A program made the translations under genes and the position numbers. Below the pieces are notes generated by a model. That model was not told where the DNA came from, made no database searches, and saw nothing but the letters and a program-made list of their open reading frames with translations. A DNA stretch of 63,993 bases, filler included, from Dimargaris cristalligena (taxonomy: Eukaryota), in the NCBI GenBank assembly GCA_003614675.1. It is 6 parts of 6 records of this genome, joined end to end, with 100 filler letters (N's around TTAATTAATTAA, not from the genome) between each part and the next. Parts side by side here need not be neighbours in the genome. Positions count along the whole stretch, not along the records: positions 42,966 to 53,585 come from ML003170.1; positions 53,686 to 63,993 come from ML003199.1; 4 more parts are not named here. One strand, 5' to 3'. Shown piece after piece: positions 45,701 to 57,100 of the stretch. The stretch's first letter is position 1. Each line of letters opens with the position of its first letter.

Positions 45701-47775
45701 CTGGACCTTAAAACCATCGAAAATCATTTGGTTGGTGATGTAGCACCACCCATCTCCCACCATGCCGCTTCTTATTTATTTTATTATTATTTTTTGGAGG
45801 GGAAGGACACTATGTGTGGTGAGGAACAACTATACTCGGGCCATTCAAGGGGATTTTGGGGAGTGAGATTGATGTCGCGGATGGTGCGATGTAGTATCTA
45901 GAGTTCAATTAGTAGTTGATCCGAGAATTTGACCGAGAGGGTATGTATATAGGATAGAGTGGGGTTCAGGCAATTAAGATTGAAAATTTTGTGGAGACAC
46001 TTAGGGATATTCGGAAATGAATGTAATAGAAGTTAAGGAGGTTGATGAGTGTATCTCATATCTATTTATTTTTTTTGGGGGGGGAGGGGTTACATGTCAC
46101 TACGTGAAATATGCAACGGAATCAACCCCCAACTTGGCACCGACCAGAACTGGTGTGGAAAACGACAGGCTGGTTGGGCAAGTTCCCACCCACTTTCCCT
46201 GACTGGGAAAAGGCTGGTAATGCAAGGCGAGAGGTAGGGTGATACCAGGCCCAAACTCATACTATTTTAAAAAGTGGCAAGTCAATTTCGGTTACACCGG
46301 TCCAAGCAGTGGCTCTTGGTATCTGTTGTGTAAACCGAAATAGGTCGAATGAGTCTATAAATTTAGAACAGACGATGACATCAACGGACATATCTGGAGG
46401 TATACACATTAAGGGCCATCCGAACAGGCCAGCAGCCAGTCTCACTCGGCTCCAGCAACAAACCGGGACACGATATGTGTGAACTGAGGGGTGTATGAGT
46501 TGGCTGGAATATTGAACAAGTGCGGAGATCCCAAAGCATGGGCACGGAGTGGGCAAAACAGGCTAGATCCGGCAAACCTTAAAAAACCAACTGAATGGCC
46601 ACGAATAGAAGGGGGTGGTCGGAGGTTATTGTTTCTCATCAAATGAGGCGAAACAGACAACCTGGGGTCGAAGTCCCCCGGTTTAAATCCCCATGTATGA
46701 GAGGGGTGGTCACAGCCGGAGTGTGGTGTATATTATAGTACTAATACCAATCGCAAGTCTACGGTTCCTTTTAATTCCAATCCCAATAATAGCGTATGGA
46801 ATATTGCAGCATCGACCAGCTCAGGAGTGCACTTGGGCATAAGGACTCGGAACGAAGGGGACGGGGGAGACGCACACACATTGGATGTGTGTGTGGTAAA
46901 GGAATGCTAAAGATGTTCAGTAGGATTGATTTGGCCATGTCCTTCTCCTCCAATATGAGATGGGCCAGCTGTTCATCCGATTGGTCACTACGGCTATTTG
47001 GATCGCATCGGATTGGCGCTCGTTAGAACCTTGGTGTTGCGTAGTTGGTTGCCTGGCTATGGGAGCATCCGTCGTCGGTATAGTTTTGGGTAGTTAGATA
47101 GATAGATGTATACCATACACCAACCAGCCTCCCGAAACTAAAAGATAGTTCGCATTCGATTTCTCGTTGACAATGAATCCCCCAGTCGCATCGGCTCTTA
47201 GTTGGTGTATTAATCCGTATGTGATCAGCAAGCATATCGGTTTTTATTATGGGGAATGTTCCCGGGACCGGCCCTATTCGTTTAGGCAACACCATATATA
47301 CTGGATAGTAGGCTAAGAGTGTCGATCGCGGGCCATCCGCCCTCCCCCTTCTTCTCACCGGCGTAAAGGCCGCCATATTCCTTCCGCCATGGGCAGCCGG
47401 CAATTCTTCTCCAAGGGGTATTAATAATGTTTTGAAGGGAATCCTTTTGTTTAGCCAGCGAGTTTACCCTGTCGCGAAGAGAGAGCATAAGGTAGGCTTT
47501 ACTGGCAGTTATCGCGATTCTACGGTAGCATGGCGGCTATGGGTTGGACAGTATATTCCAGGATACAGTGGCCAGCCAATCCGCGCACTGCTCTTTCCCA
47601 CTCCCATGGGGCGACTGTGGGCTCCTCCCCTATCGCCACCACTGCCGTCCCCCAATTATAGCCTTTCCCACCTGGCCAATATATACTAGTAAGAGTAGTA
47701 GAGAGTCCCCCCACCACCACTAACTACTACTCTCTCCCGCGCGTCACCCTCCGCTTTCCCATTTCTTCCTCCCCC

Positions 47776-47783
47776 TGACGTAA
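47776..47783 (+). promoter_or_regulatory. CRE-like site TGACGTAA in the proximal promoter of the Atf1-like gene
   Basis: Lies ~60 nt upstream of the TTTAAATATAT TATA-like element (~47838) and ~390 nt upstream of the ATG. Confidence 0.45.
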
Positions 47784-48166
47784 TGCCCCCCTTGCCTGCT
47801 TTTCTCCGCACCACGTAAAGGTCTTTTGGACTTTTCTTTTAAATATATGCCCGGTCCTTTCCCCTTTTCCAGCAGCTAGCGATTGCTACTTCTTTCTTTC
47901 GTCTTACTGCTTAATTAGTCTATTTCTTATAGCTTCTCTCTCATTAGCCCATTCCCTCAAACAACTATAGCAACCCCTTTTTCTTTAGGCGGCGCGTGCT
48001 CCATCCCCTTCATTCTGTATACACCCTCCAGCTCAACTCGTTTCCCCTTTCTTTGTGACGCATAGACTGTACTCGTATCTCGTTCCATTCCCCTTAACTA
48101 AACCACTCCCCAATCGGCCAGTGTTGCTTCTGGTTCTCTCCGCAACACACTCCCAAGCCCCACACT

Positions 48167-49981
48167 ATGGCCCTCGACTCCATGGGCGGCTCCACGGCCG
48201 CACCCTCCTCCACTTCCTCGACCAAACTAGAGTACGAACCCAACCCTTTTGAGCAGAGTTTCTCGACCCCCGTCGGCACCAAACCGCCCCCCGACCCGCT
48301 TCCCCTGACCAGTGCCGCCAGCAACAAACCCATTCTGCCCCCGGTGTCACACTTGGAAAGTCCCTCGATTCCCGGCAGCCAGTTCTGGAAAGAGTCGTCC
48401 CTTCGCCTGGGCCCCCTGTCGCCCTCCATGTTACAGGGCCCCCAGGGTATCCAGCAACTGCAGCAGCAGCAACCACATCAGCAACAGCAGCAGCACCACC
48501 ACCACCAACCTCTCCAATTCCACCACCACTTGCAACAGCACTTGACCGTGCCCGGGCCCATTGTCGGAAGAATGGCTGGCGGAGGTGGCCCGCCCGGCTT
48601 TAGTCTCAAGGCAATGGGTTCTTCGGCCCCGTCCGCGACCAACTCTACTGCTTCTTCCCTAGCCCTTCCGACCGACTATGCGGCCTTTCTACCGGCCCAA
48701 CCCTCCCCCATGACCGCTGCCCTTTTGAACGCCGCCGCCAGCGGTCACCTTCAGGTTACTCCAGGGGGAACCATCAATACCGTCCTTCCTCTACCACCAC
48801 CACCAGCGAACACATTATCCGCCGTCCCTTCCAATAATCTCTATCTATTATCGGCAGCCGAACAAGAAATGGCTCGCCAGCACCACCACCACCACCAGCA
48901 ACAGCAACCACAACACCAACCCCGCCCACAACCACACCAGCACCACCTACACCAGCCCCCAGCAGGTAGTAGTGGTAGTGGCGGTGGTCACCTGCCTCCG
49001 CCCGATGTCATGTCCACCACCACCACCACCGATTCCGGGATAATGATGCCGTTTTCAGCTGGCCTACCGCCGAGCGAATTCACCAACGCGACGGTGAACC
49101 CTCAGATCATGCACCATGTGGGTTCCACCGGAGGAGGAGCCCCGGCCCCAGGTCCCTATTACATGCCCACCACCACCGCCGCCGCCCCCATTTCTTCCTC
49201 CCCCCCGTCCTCCACCTCCTCAGCCATGGCCACCACCTCCTCTTCATTCGATACCTCGGCGGCTACCTCCACCAAATCGGCCACCAAGAAGTCCAAAGCT
49301 TCTTCATCTTCCTCGGCATCCACTAATCATCATCATCATCATCATCATCAGCAGCATCACCTTAACCATTACCCAGCCTCCGAGGCCGATGGTGGGGAAG
49401 GTGGGGGCGACGAAAAACGCCGGAGTTTTCTCGAACGCAATCGCATTGCGGCCCTTAAATGTCGGCAACGCAAGAAACAGTGGCTCAATAATCTGCAGAA
49501 TACCCTCGATTTGTACTCGGTAGAAAACGACAAGGCCGAGAAACAAATGCAACTCCTACGGGAGGAGGTTCTTCACTTGAAAACACTGCTGGTGGCCCAT
49601 AAGGAATGTCCCGTGGCCCAGGCCAATGGCGTGGTGGGCCTGAATAATTTCTCGCCCTTTGCTAACGCCAATGTCAGTAGTACCAATAATAATTCCAGCG
49701 CCAATGCCACCGCAGCCGCGGCGGCTTCATCGATTCTAGCCGGCGGTGGTGGTGGTGGATCGACCGATACCATGATGCTCGATGCGGATACTGGTGGCGG
49801 TAGTGCGATGGGGGGCGGCCGAATGTCTGTCCAACCAACAGCCCATACGCATCGGCATCCCTCGCACCCGTTAGATTATCTACGCATGGCAGCCAATAAC
49901 CTTCCCCCATCGTCAGCATCGGGCATGGTCCCCCCCAACGCGATGTTAACCACTGCCGAGCCCCCAACATCCCGGCTATAG
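48167..49981 (+). CDS. atf1: ATF/CREB-family bZIP transcription factor (Atf1/AtfA-like), 604 aa, intronless
   Basis: Aft1_OSA-type motifs TKLEYEPNPFEQSF and SLRLGPLSPSMLQGP. bZIP region DEKRRSFLERNRIAALKCRQRKKQWLNNLQ...LREEVLHLKTLLVAHKECPV. PolyQ/polyH tracts. Confidence 0.9.
   Translation: MALDSMGGSTAAPSSTSSTKLEYEPNPFEQSFSTPVGTKPPPDPLPLTSAASNKPILPPVSHLESPSIPGSQFWKESSLRLGPLSPSMLQGPQGIQQLQQQQPHQQQQQHHHHQPLQFHHHLQQHLTVPGPIVGRMAGGGGPPGFSLKAMGSSAPSATNSTASSLALPTDYAAFLPAQPSPMTAALLNAAASGHLQVTPGGTINTVLPLPPPPANTLSAVPSNNLYLLSAAEQEMARQHHHHHQQQQPQHQPRPQPHQHHLHQPPAGSSGSGGGHLPPPDVMSTTTTTDSGIMMPFSAGLPPSEFTNATVNPQIMHHVGSTGGGAPAPGPYYMPTTTAAAPISSSPPSSTSSAMATTSSSFDTSAATSTKSATKKSKASSSSSASTNHHHHHHHQQHHLNHYPASEADGGEGGGDEKRRSFLERNRIAALKCRQRKKQWLNNLQNTLDLYSVENDKAEKQMQLLREEVLHLKTLLVAHKECPVAQANGVVGLNNFSPFANANVSSTNNNSSANATAAAAASSILAGGGGGGSTDTMMLDADTGGGSAMGGGRMSVQPTAHTHRHPSHPLDYLRMAANNLPPSSASGMVPPNAMLTTAEPPTSRL
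49328..49348 (+). repeat. (CAT)7 coding microsatellite (poly-His)
   Basis: Directly visible within the bZIP gene. Confidence 0.9.
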
Positions 49982-52900
49982 AATGTGTATATGTGCGGGG
50001 ATGGGTCTGGCGTCGTTCATTTTGATTGTCATTCAACTCTTGTCCACATTGCTTTCTCTATTAATTATCAGATCCGATCAACCTCACCTCCTTCTTCCTC
50101 TCTCACACTTTATTTCCTAGTCATTCTCAAAAGGGTTTCCCGCTGTATGTATGTGAGTGAGTGAAGATCATACATTGGGCAAAGGAGGGCTAGAAGGGGA
50201 GGAGGTGTTCCAAATGGGGTGACATGGGGAGCTCCACCACTATCTACACCCGTCCCGCCTCATCAAACTCGATGCACATAGCCTCCTCCCCTTTTCGTTC
50301 AACCCTTCTCTAGTTTAACACTCTCCCCCCTTGCCGCACGGATTATTCTCTTCATTCTTAATGTATCTTGCTTTTTAATCCCTCGTTGGTCGTTTGGGCT
50401 GGTTTATGCCACCCTATAGTACTAGACCTTCACAGCCCGATTAATCCACTCTCCCTCTCCTCTCCTTATTCGCCATAATGTCTTTCTCTCTCTCTATCTC
50501 TCCCATTCTCTCTTCATATCTCTTTGGACCTGTAAATTTAATACCCGAACCCCGTTTGTCTGTCATCTATCCCTGTGATCTTTACCCCGTACTACTACTA
50601 CTACCTTATTGGTACTTTTAGTTTCCAGTGCTATTTATTATCTGGCAGATGCATATGGCCTATAGGTTTAAAACCATATAGCTGGCTGATATTTTGTTGG
50701 CCCCCTTTTTATCTTCCCTTTCGATTGAATTTCCCTCACGTGTGTGTGTATGTACGAATGTGGTGATTATGTGTTGTATGACATCATCCTATCCCAGTCG
50801 TCTTCCCTCCTGTGCTAAACCTTGGCTGGGCAGTTCCAATAATAGTATGTGTCCCATCACATTCCCCCCTTTATAGATAAAATTATTTTATCCGGAGAGT
50901 TTACCAACTATATACCACTCGCTTCCCGAACCGTCCCACAAAGCTCAAGAATACTTCCATGTATTATTATATAAATAAATAAATATATATATATATTCAG
51001 GGCTTGGTCACCTTGGCAGCTCTTATGGGCCATTCTCTTCCCTTTTTTCCTCCCACGCATTTGGCCTAATTACTTTTGCTGACAATCTTAAATTTTTATA
51101 TTCCTGCTGTCGCTTAGATGACGTCATATGGTACAAATTGGTTTTCCATTTGCCCGAGTTGATGCTTCTTCAACTTACTTGTTTATATATGTATATTTAT
51201 AAAGGTATCGGATTGAATATCGTGCTTCTTCATTCCTCATGCATTATCCAATAAATTCCACTATTGCTGGGGTATATTCAACGTAATCCCTCGACTGACA
51301 CCTTACTTCGTGAACAACATCAGCTCTTCAATAAATCTAATATAAATGATAAAGCCGAATTAGGATATATAAGAATAAACTTGTGCTCCCTTTTCTCCTC
51401 CTTCTCTTTTGTAAACAGTTGATAGGTTTTTAAATGAATTGGTTATGGGCCAACTGTCTTCATGTGGTTTGGGTAAATGATGACCCGGAAAGAAGGAGAG
51501 AGAGAAAATATGTGTGTGTGTGTGTATAGGGGGGGGGCGCATTGCCGGAGTTTTTATTTCTCCGTCACTTTTCCCATAATCACGCGGTCAACTGATGGTG
51601 GTTTCCATTGGGGATTAAACTGGGGTATAGGACTTTATGAATAAATTGAGCAGTACCAATATAAAAAAATCCTATTAGTCTCTAAGAAGATTCGATACCG
51701 AATGCCTCCATTGGAATAGCTAGCAATTCTGAAGAGCAAGTGGTCAGTTTTGGTTCGACTCCGAATTTTCCTATCCACGCCCGGCAAAACCCCCATAGCT
51801 CTCGTTCGATACTTTAATACATTGAATAAAAAATTCAGCTTAGTGGACGGCTAGGCAACACGGTGAAAAGGCGCAGGTGGGGTAGTACATCAAACTGGAC
51901 CGACTCCCATTCCTTGCTACCAATAGAAGGGGTGGTGGGTTCTACAGTCCCTTTTGGACAGGTGGTTGGGCTGCTGAATAAAGGCGCTCATCCTTATTGA
52001 TTACTTTGGTAAACCGGCTGGCAATCTCCATAATAATATACCTGGGATCACCACTCCGCTCAAATAACGTATGGCATCTCTCAACCATTGTTTTAAACAT
52101 CATGGCGGCTATACTTTGTAGCGGCCATAACCGCCACGGCTACGGTTAATGGCAAGGATCATTCTAATGAGGGATGTAAACACACGCACACACCACGTCT
52201 CTTTAGGTATTGCATGTTGATACTGTATTTGCCAATTACCAACCAGGATAGTTAGATAGGGTACATGTTCTTGGCCCTCCCTCTCCAATGGGTGACAGTC
52301 AATGATTCACAGAGATACGATCATTTAATAGAATATTTGGACCATACATAAAAAACAGACAATTTGCTTTATTTGGCACAAAATGAGCATTTAATTCTCG
52401 GCATGTGCTTAGAGATTCACACATATAACACATGCAGTCCCGATTTAAATAGCTGAACCATTACAATCAATACTTACAAATGGCCAATATCTAAATTTAC
52501 AAGGGGTTTGCCAAATACACATTTGACAAGGGTAAAGACGTTGTATTTTCTGGTCAACTGTGGCAGCCCCAGTATCATCAATACTTAATAAAGTATATGG
52601 TGTAAGCCATGGTAATGGAAACTGAGCAATAAAAAAAATCCATAATTATTACCTTCTTCCCAGCTTGACATTTCTTCACTGCTACTTCTAATCAAACTAT
52701 ACCTGTTTGATATTTTTCCAAATTTTATTATCTTGCAACACCATTCATTAGTCAATATAAACCAAGCAAGAATTGGATATCCTAGACACCCAAGTCCACT
52801 TAAATAAATTGGTCTTTGAATGAGCTTAATCTACAGTAAACCTTGGGATTCTACTGTATAATATATGTAGTAGTAACATTACCTATAGTTACAAATTCAT

Positions 52901-53444
52901 ACCTTTAATAATCAAGGATCAGACTAGGCACCTAATTGGAGAATCCTTACTAATATTCAATTATTTTACTCTGTTACACTGTATAATCTACCCTACTAGG
53001 TTCTAAACCTGGCAACCAAAAAGGATACTTAAACATCCCAATTTGAGATTGCCAATTTGGGCCATTATCTGGAAGACAATGTAACAGGTTCCTAACTTAC
53101 TGTACCAATATAACTATGCACCTTTCCACTGCCTTCATAGTTAAGTAATAGCCAGTGAAAATGAGGTATGGATCCTGTATACCCAGTCCCCTTCTGTGAT
53201 ATTTTGCTAATTGCATCTACTATCACCAAATATTTAAAAAAAACTACAGTGGTCTTATATTATGTGTGTTATTTCATTCATTTGTGCTAAAGGAACCTGC
53301 CAGGATTACAGGTACCACAGCCCAGATAACAGTCCTTCATGCTATACTAAAAATGGCTGATTTAGCAACTACCTATAAGCAGGTGTTATTGTCTACTTAA
53401 ATATGACTGCTTTCTGATATATATTTAGCATAAGTTGAGACCAG

Positions 53445-53585
53445 TGTGGCAAGGTGGAGTGTCCCCTTGATTGCCACAGCTACAAATTATTACTATTTGA
53501 CTATTATATTTATATACAAGGTATGAAGCAGCTTTTTTGTCTGGTATATCCAGTTTTTTTCCCTTCCCTTTTAACCCATTCTTTC
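53445..53585. repeat. Repeat family B terminus (starts TGTGGCAAGG), running into the contig end
   Basis: Reverse complement of 21578-21718. Confidence 0.8.
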
Positions 53586-53685
53586 NNNNNNNNNNNNNNN
53601 NNNNNNNNNNNNNNNNNNNNNNNNNNNNNTTAATTAATTAANNNNNNNNNNNNNNNNNNNNNNNNNNNNNNNNNNNNNNNNNNNN
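53586..53685. other. Artificial contig linker
   Basis: N44-TTAATTAATTAA-N44. Confidence 0.99.
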
Positions 53686-54114
53686 AAGTAAAAATAGGCA
53701 CTTGAACTTCGAAATAATAATCGAATGGTTGATATTTTTTGTCGTTTTTCTGGTAACGAAATGAATAGGACTGATAAAATATATGATATTGTTTGATGAA
53801 TAAGTGGTTTTACAGGATGAATTGATAGAGTATGATTCAAGGAGCTATGCTTTACGTTGATAAATGGGTTCTAATTAGTAAAGGAATCAGGTAATTAAAT
53901 ATACTTCCAGTTACCTGCACTCTGCAGCACCACATATTCACCCTTCCCTAAATAAAAAGTACCCTAAATTCACAGTATTGCCCCACAATATTTAAATCAA
54001 CTATAATTAGAACCTCTTTGGGAGGAAAAAAGGGGGGCCATCATTTCAACATCGGAATTAAGACGTACATTACACCTTAACGCTTGCATTGGAGATTTAT
54101 TATTCATTTGCGGT

Positions 54115-57100
54115 TTAAAAAGTTTCGAAGCTAACGTCATTTCGCAAATTAAGGTGGCGAAGCGACTCGACAAACTCAGTGGCACTAGCCGTGGTGGTAA
54201 AGAACAGTTGCCAGGGGGGTAAGAGAGGTTCAGCAGATGCCGATGTCGATATCGATGCGGAAGCCGTTTTCGACTCGGTCCGCTTTCTATCCTGAGCTGT
54301 GGCATCAGGTTCAAATTCCAGCGTTACCCAATACGTCCATCCCATAGCCGTCACCCCCGCGCGGTCCGGCATGCTCTGGGTTGGATTGTACAATCCGGCA
54401 CCGCCCTGGGAATGGATCCAGGCCTCCGTGTCGCCTGACTTCGGTGGGTTCGAATGGGACGGCGACGACTGCGTGACGGGCTCGGGCAAATGGCCCTGTC
54501 GGTCATCTGTGGCCATGTTGGGGGTTGCTGGAGTTGAAGAGACCTCACTGGCAGGCGGCAATGAAGGCTCGGTCGAACCACCTATCGATTCGGTGGGGTG
54601 TTTTTTCAGGTTAGCGGTTGGGTCTAAAGCCGCCACCCCTGGGGCTAATAAACACACCCCACTGTATACGCGACGGATAGCCTGGAGTGGCAGAACATGG
54701 TGGAACGGACGGTACTGGGGAATTCGGTGAACAACCAGTTGGGAGGTGGAGGAGCTTGGGGTGGGTTTAGATTTGGTCTTTGGGGCACCCATCGTCTGGG
54801 GGGTGGGGGTAGGAATAGCAGATGGTCGAGGCGCAACCGCTGCCTGGGCCTGTCCATGACCAGCGCCGCCGGCAGCGTTTCCATTAATTGGTCTACGTGT
54901 ATTACCCTGGCCCACCACTACTGGTTTAATGTCATCCACGTCGGCCACCACCGGTTTACTCGGGTTGGTCATATCCGCATACAGCGTTAGTAAATTCGGG
55001 ATGGCGGGCGGCCAAATATCATGCCGCTCATCGCATAAGTAAATAAAGGATGGTGTGGCGATGAAGGTAGTGGTGCGGAAGGGAGTAGTGGTGGCGGTGG
55101 TGGTGGAAGGGCGGTGGGGGTTTGTAGCAGAATCAAGCGGACCTAGGTGTCCCGGTGATGATGGGTCAACGGGAGCCGCCCAACCCACCAGATAGTACAT
55201 TTTGAGAAACTCGAATGTGACTTTATCGACAATCACGCAGTCTCCACTAGCCGGATCAATCCAGTGCTTGGCTCGGGCGCTCTGCAATCCCCGACTAAGG
55301 CGAACCCGATCGGAGCGCGACAACCGCATATCATGGTCGTCACTACCACCTCCGGAGGCATGGTGGTTATCCCCTCGAACCACCGGGAAGCCGGCGGCTA
55401 GGGATGGACTACACATCCCTGGTTTCAAAAACACCGTTCCTCGTAGATTATGGACGGCCCATTCAATGTCGTGGTTGACCACCCGAACCTTGCGGTCTAC
55501 AATATGGACCTCGGACTCGTAGCACTGAATCACGAATGAATTGAGGAAATCGGAACAGATTAGGCGATCGCGCAGCAACACAGTTAAGGACGCGGGGGGA
55601 ATGGCAGTGGGCGGCGGGGGCGCCGCCAGGAGGGATGCTGGAAGAACCCCATCAGCCGCCTCGGCAGATCCGGACCACGATTGGCCGGTCGGGATACTCG
55701 AGCCCGTATTGGTGGCGGTGGTGGGGGGGGCCGATGACGATGAATGACCACTCTTTTTCAAGCCGTTCTCCGCAGCGGTCTTTCCTTCTTCCTCAGTAGT
55801 TAAATGGAAATGGAAGGTGAGGTATTGGCGATTGGGCCCCACATCGATACGTTGGACTGTGTCAAAGTCAATGGCGTAAAGGACCCGTAGATATTGACTA
55901 GGCTGTCGATCCACCTGAGTCCAAAATTGCTTCAACAGGTGAAGGGGGTCGGACTTGGACGGGGTTTCACTAGTAGTAGTATTCCCGTTGCGGAGTAAAT
56001 CGTGACAGGTGTTATAAAATCCAGGATTAAACGTCAGCATATAAATACGATAGTTACTAAGGACCATAAATATAGGCCGTTCCGTAGGGCAAGTCTGTGA
56101 AAGTCCAGTAGGCCAGGGCTGGTTGGATCGAGGTGGTGCTGATGGCTGAGGGGCCGAGTTGGACGTGGGCTCGGTCCCCATTGAAGGATTCATCGGATGC
56201 GTTCCGCCAAGCGGGGAATAGGCCCATGATGTGAGAAGATTCCAGCGGGACGACCCTTGGTTGCCGGTCGAAACTTTCGGGGCCATGGCTGTTGTTGTTG
56301 CCGTTTCCGGACTGATCTCGGGGGTATAGTACGGGTAGGCTTGGGGGATAAAGGAAGTCGGAATCCATAGTATGAGTTTCTCTTCGGGCTCTTGAAATAC
56401 TTCGAGCTGTAAATAAAGCCGGATAAAATTAGTAATCGATTGGAAAGGTAAGCTGGTGGGCGATGATACAGAAAGGCTAGTCATAGTATCAGCCAACATT
56501 GGGGGAATAATAGTAGCTTCGAGATATGGGATGGGTGTAGCTGGTGAGTATTGCCGGTTCGTATGGGAAAACGGCTTATTATCTTTCGCTCCCCACTGAC
56601 TTTTGGTCATTGGCGATGAGGAGGGTTGGTCGTCAGTGTTATCCTCTCGATTGTCATTTAATGACACGGAACGATTGGTGAGACGTGAACGCTGGAAGCC
56701 TAGTAGGCTAGGCGGTAGGCCGTCTAAACTCCCATCGCCCTGATGTAGGGATCGCATTTTCGGTTTCATTGGTGACGAGGGCACCGATTGAGTAGTAGCA
56801 CCCAGGAGACGGCCACGAGCATCGAGTGTACCTTTTGCTGAGCCGAAAGGATCCAGCATGGCCCCCAGGGTAGTTTTGGCCAGATTGGGTAGCCCACTCA
56901 CCGCTTGAAAGGTCGCCTGCGAGAGGTTGGTGAACGGCGCAGCGATTCGGGGAAACACACCATCAGCAGCAGCAGCAGTGGTGGTGGTGGCCGATGGGCT
57001 ATCTCCGCCATCAATTGCAACCACGGTGGGTCCGGAGTACTCGTAGCCTACTCCCGGCTCGTTTTCGGGTTCAGCCCCATCGGATGAGTCTACCATAGGG

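Noticed and set aside
51745..51770. tRNA-like T-arm/B-box (TTTGGTTCGACTCCGAA)
   Set aside because: No convincing acceptor stem, D-arm or anticodon arm could be folded around it. The same applies to the B-box-like motif near 60177-60188.
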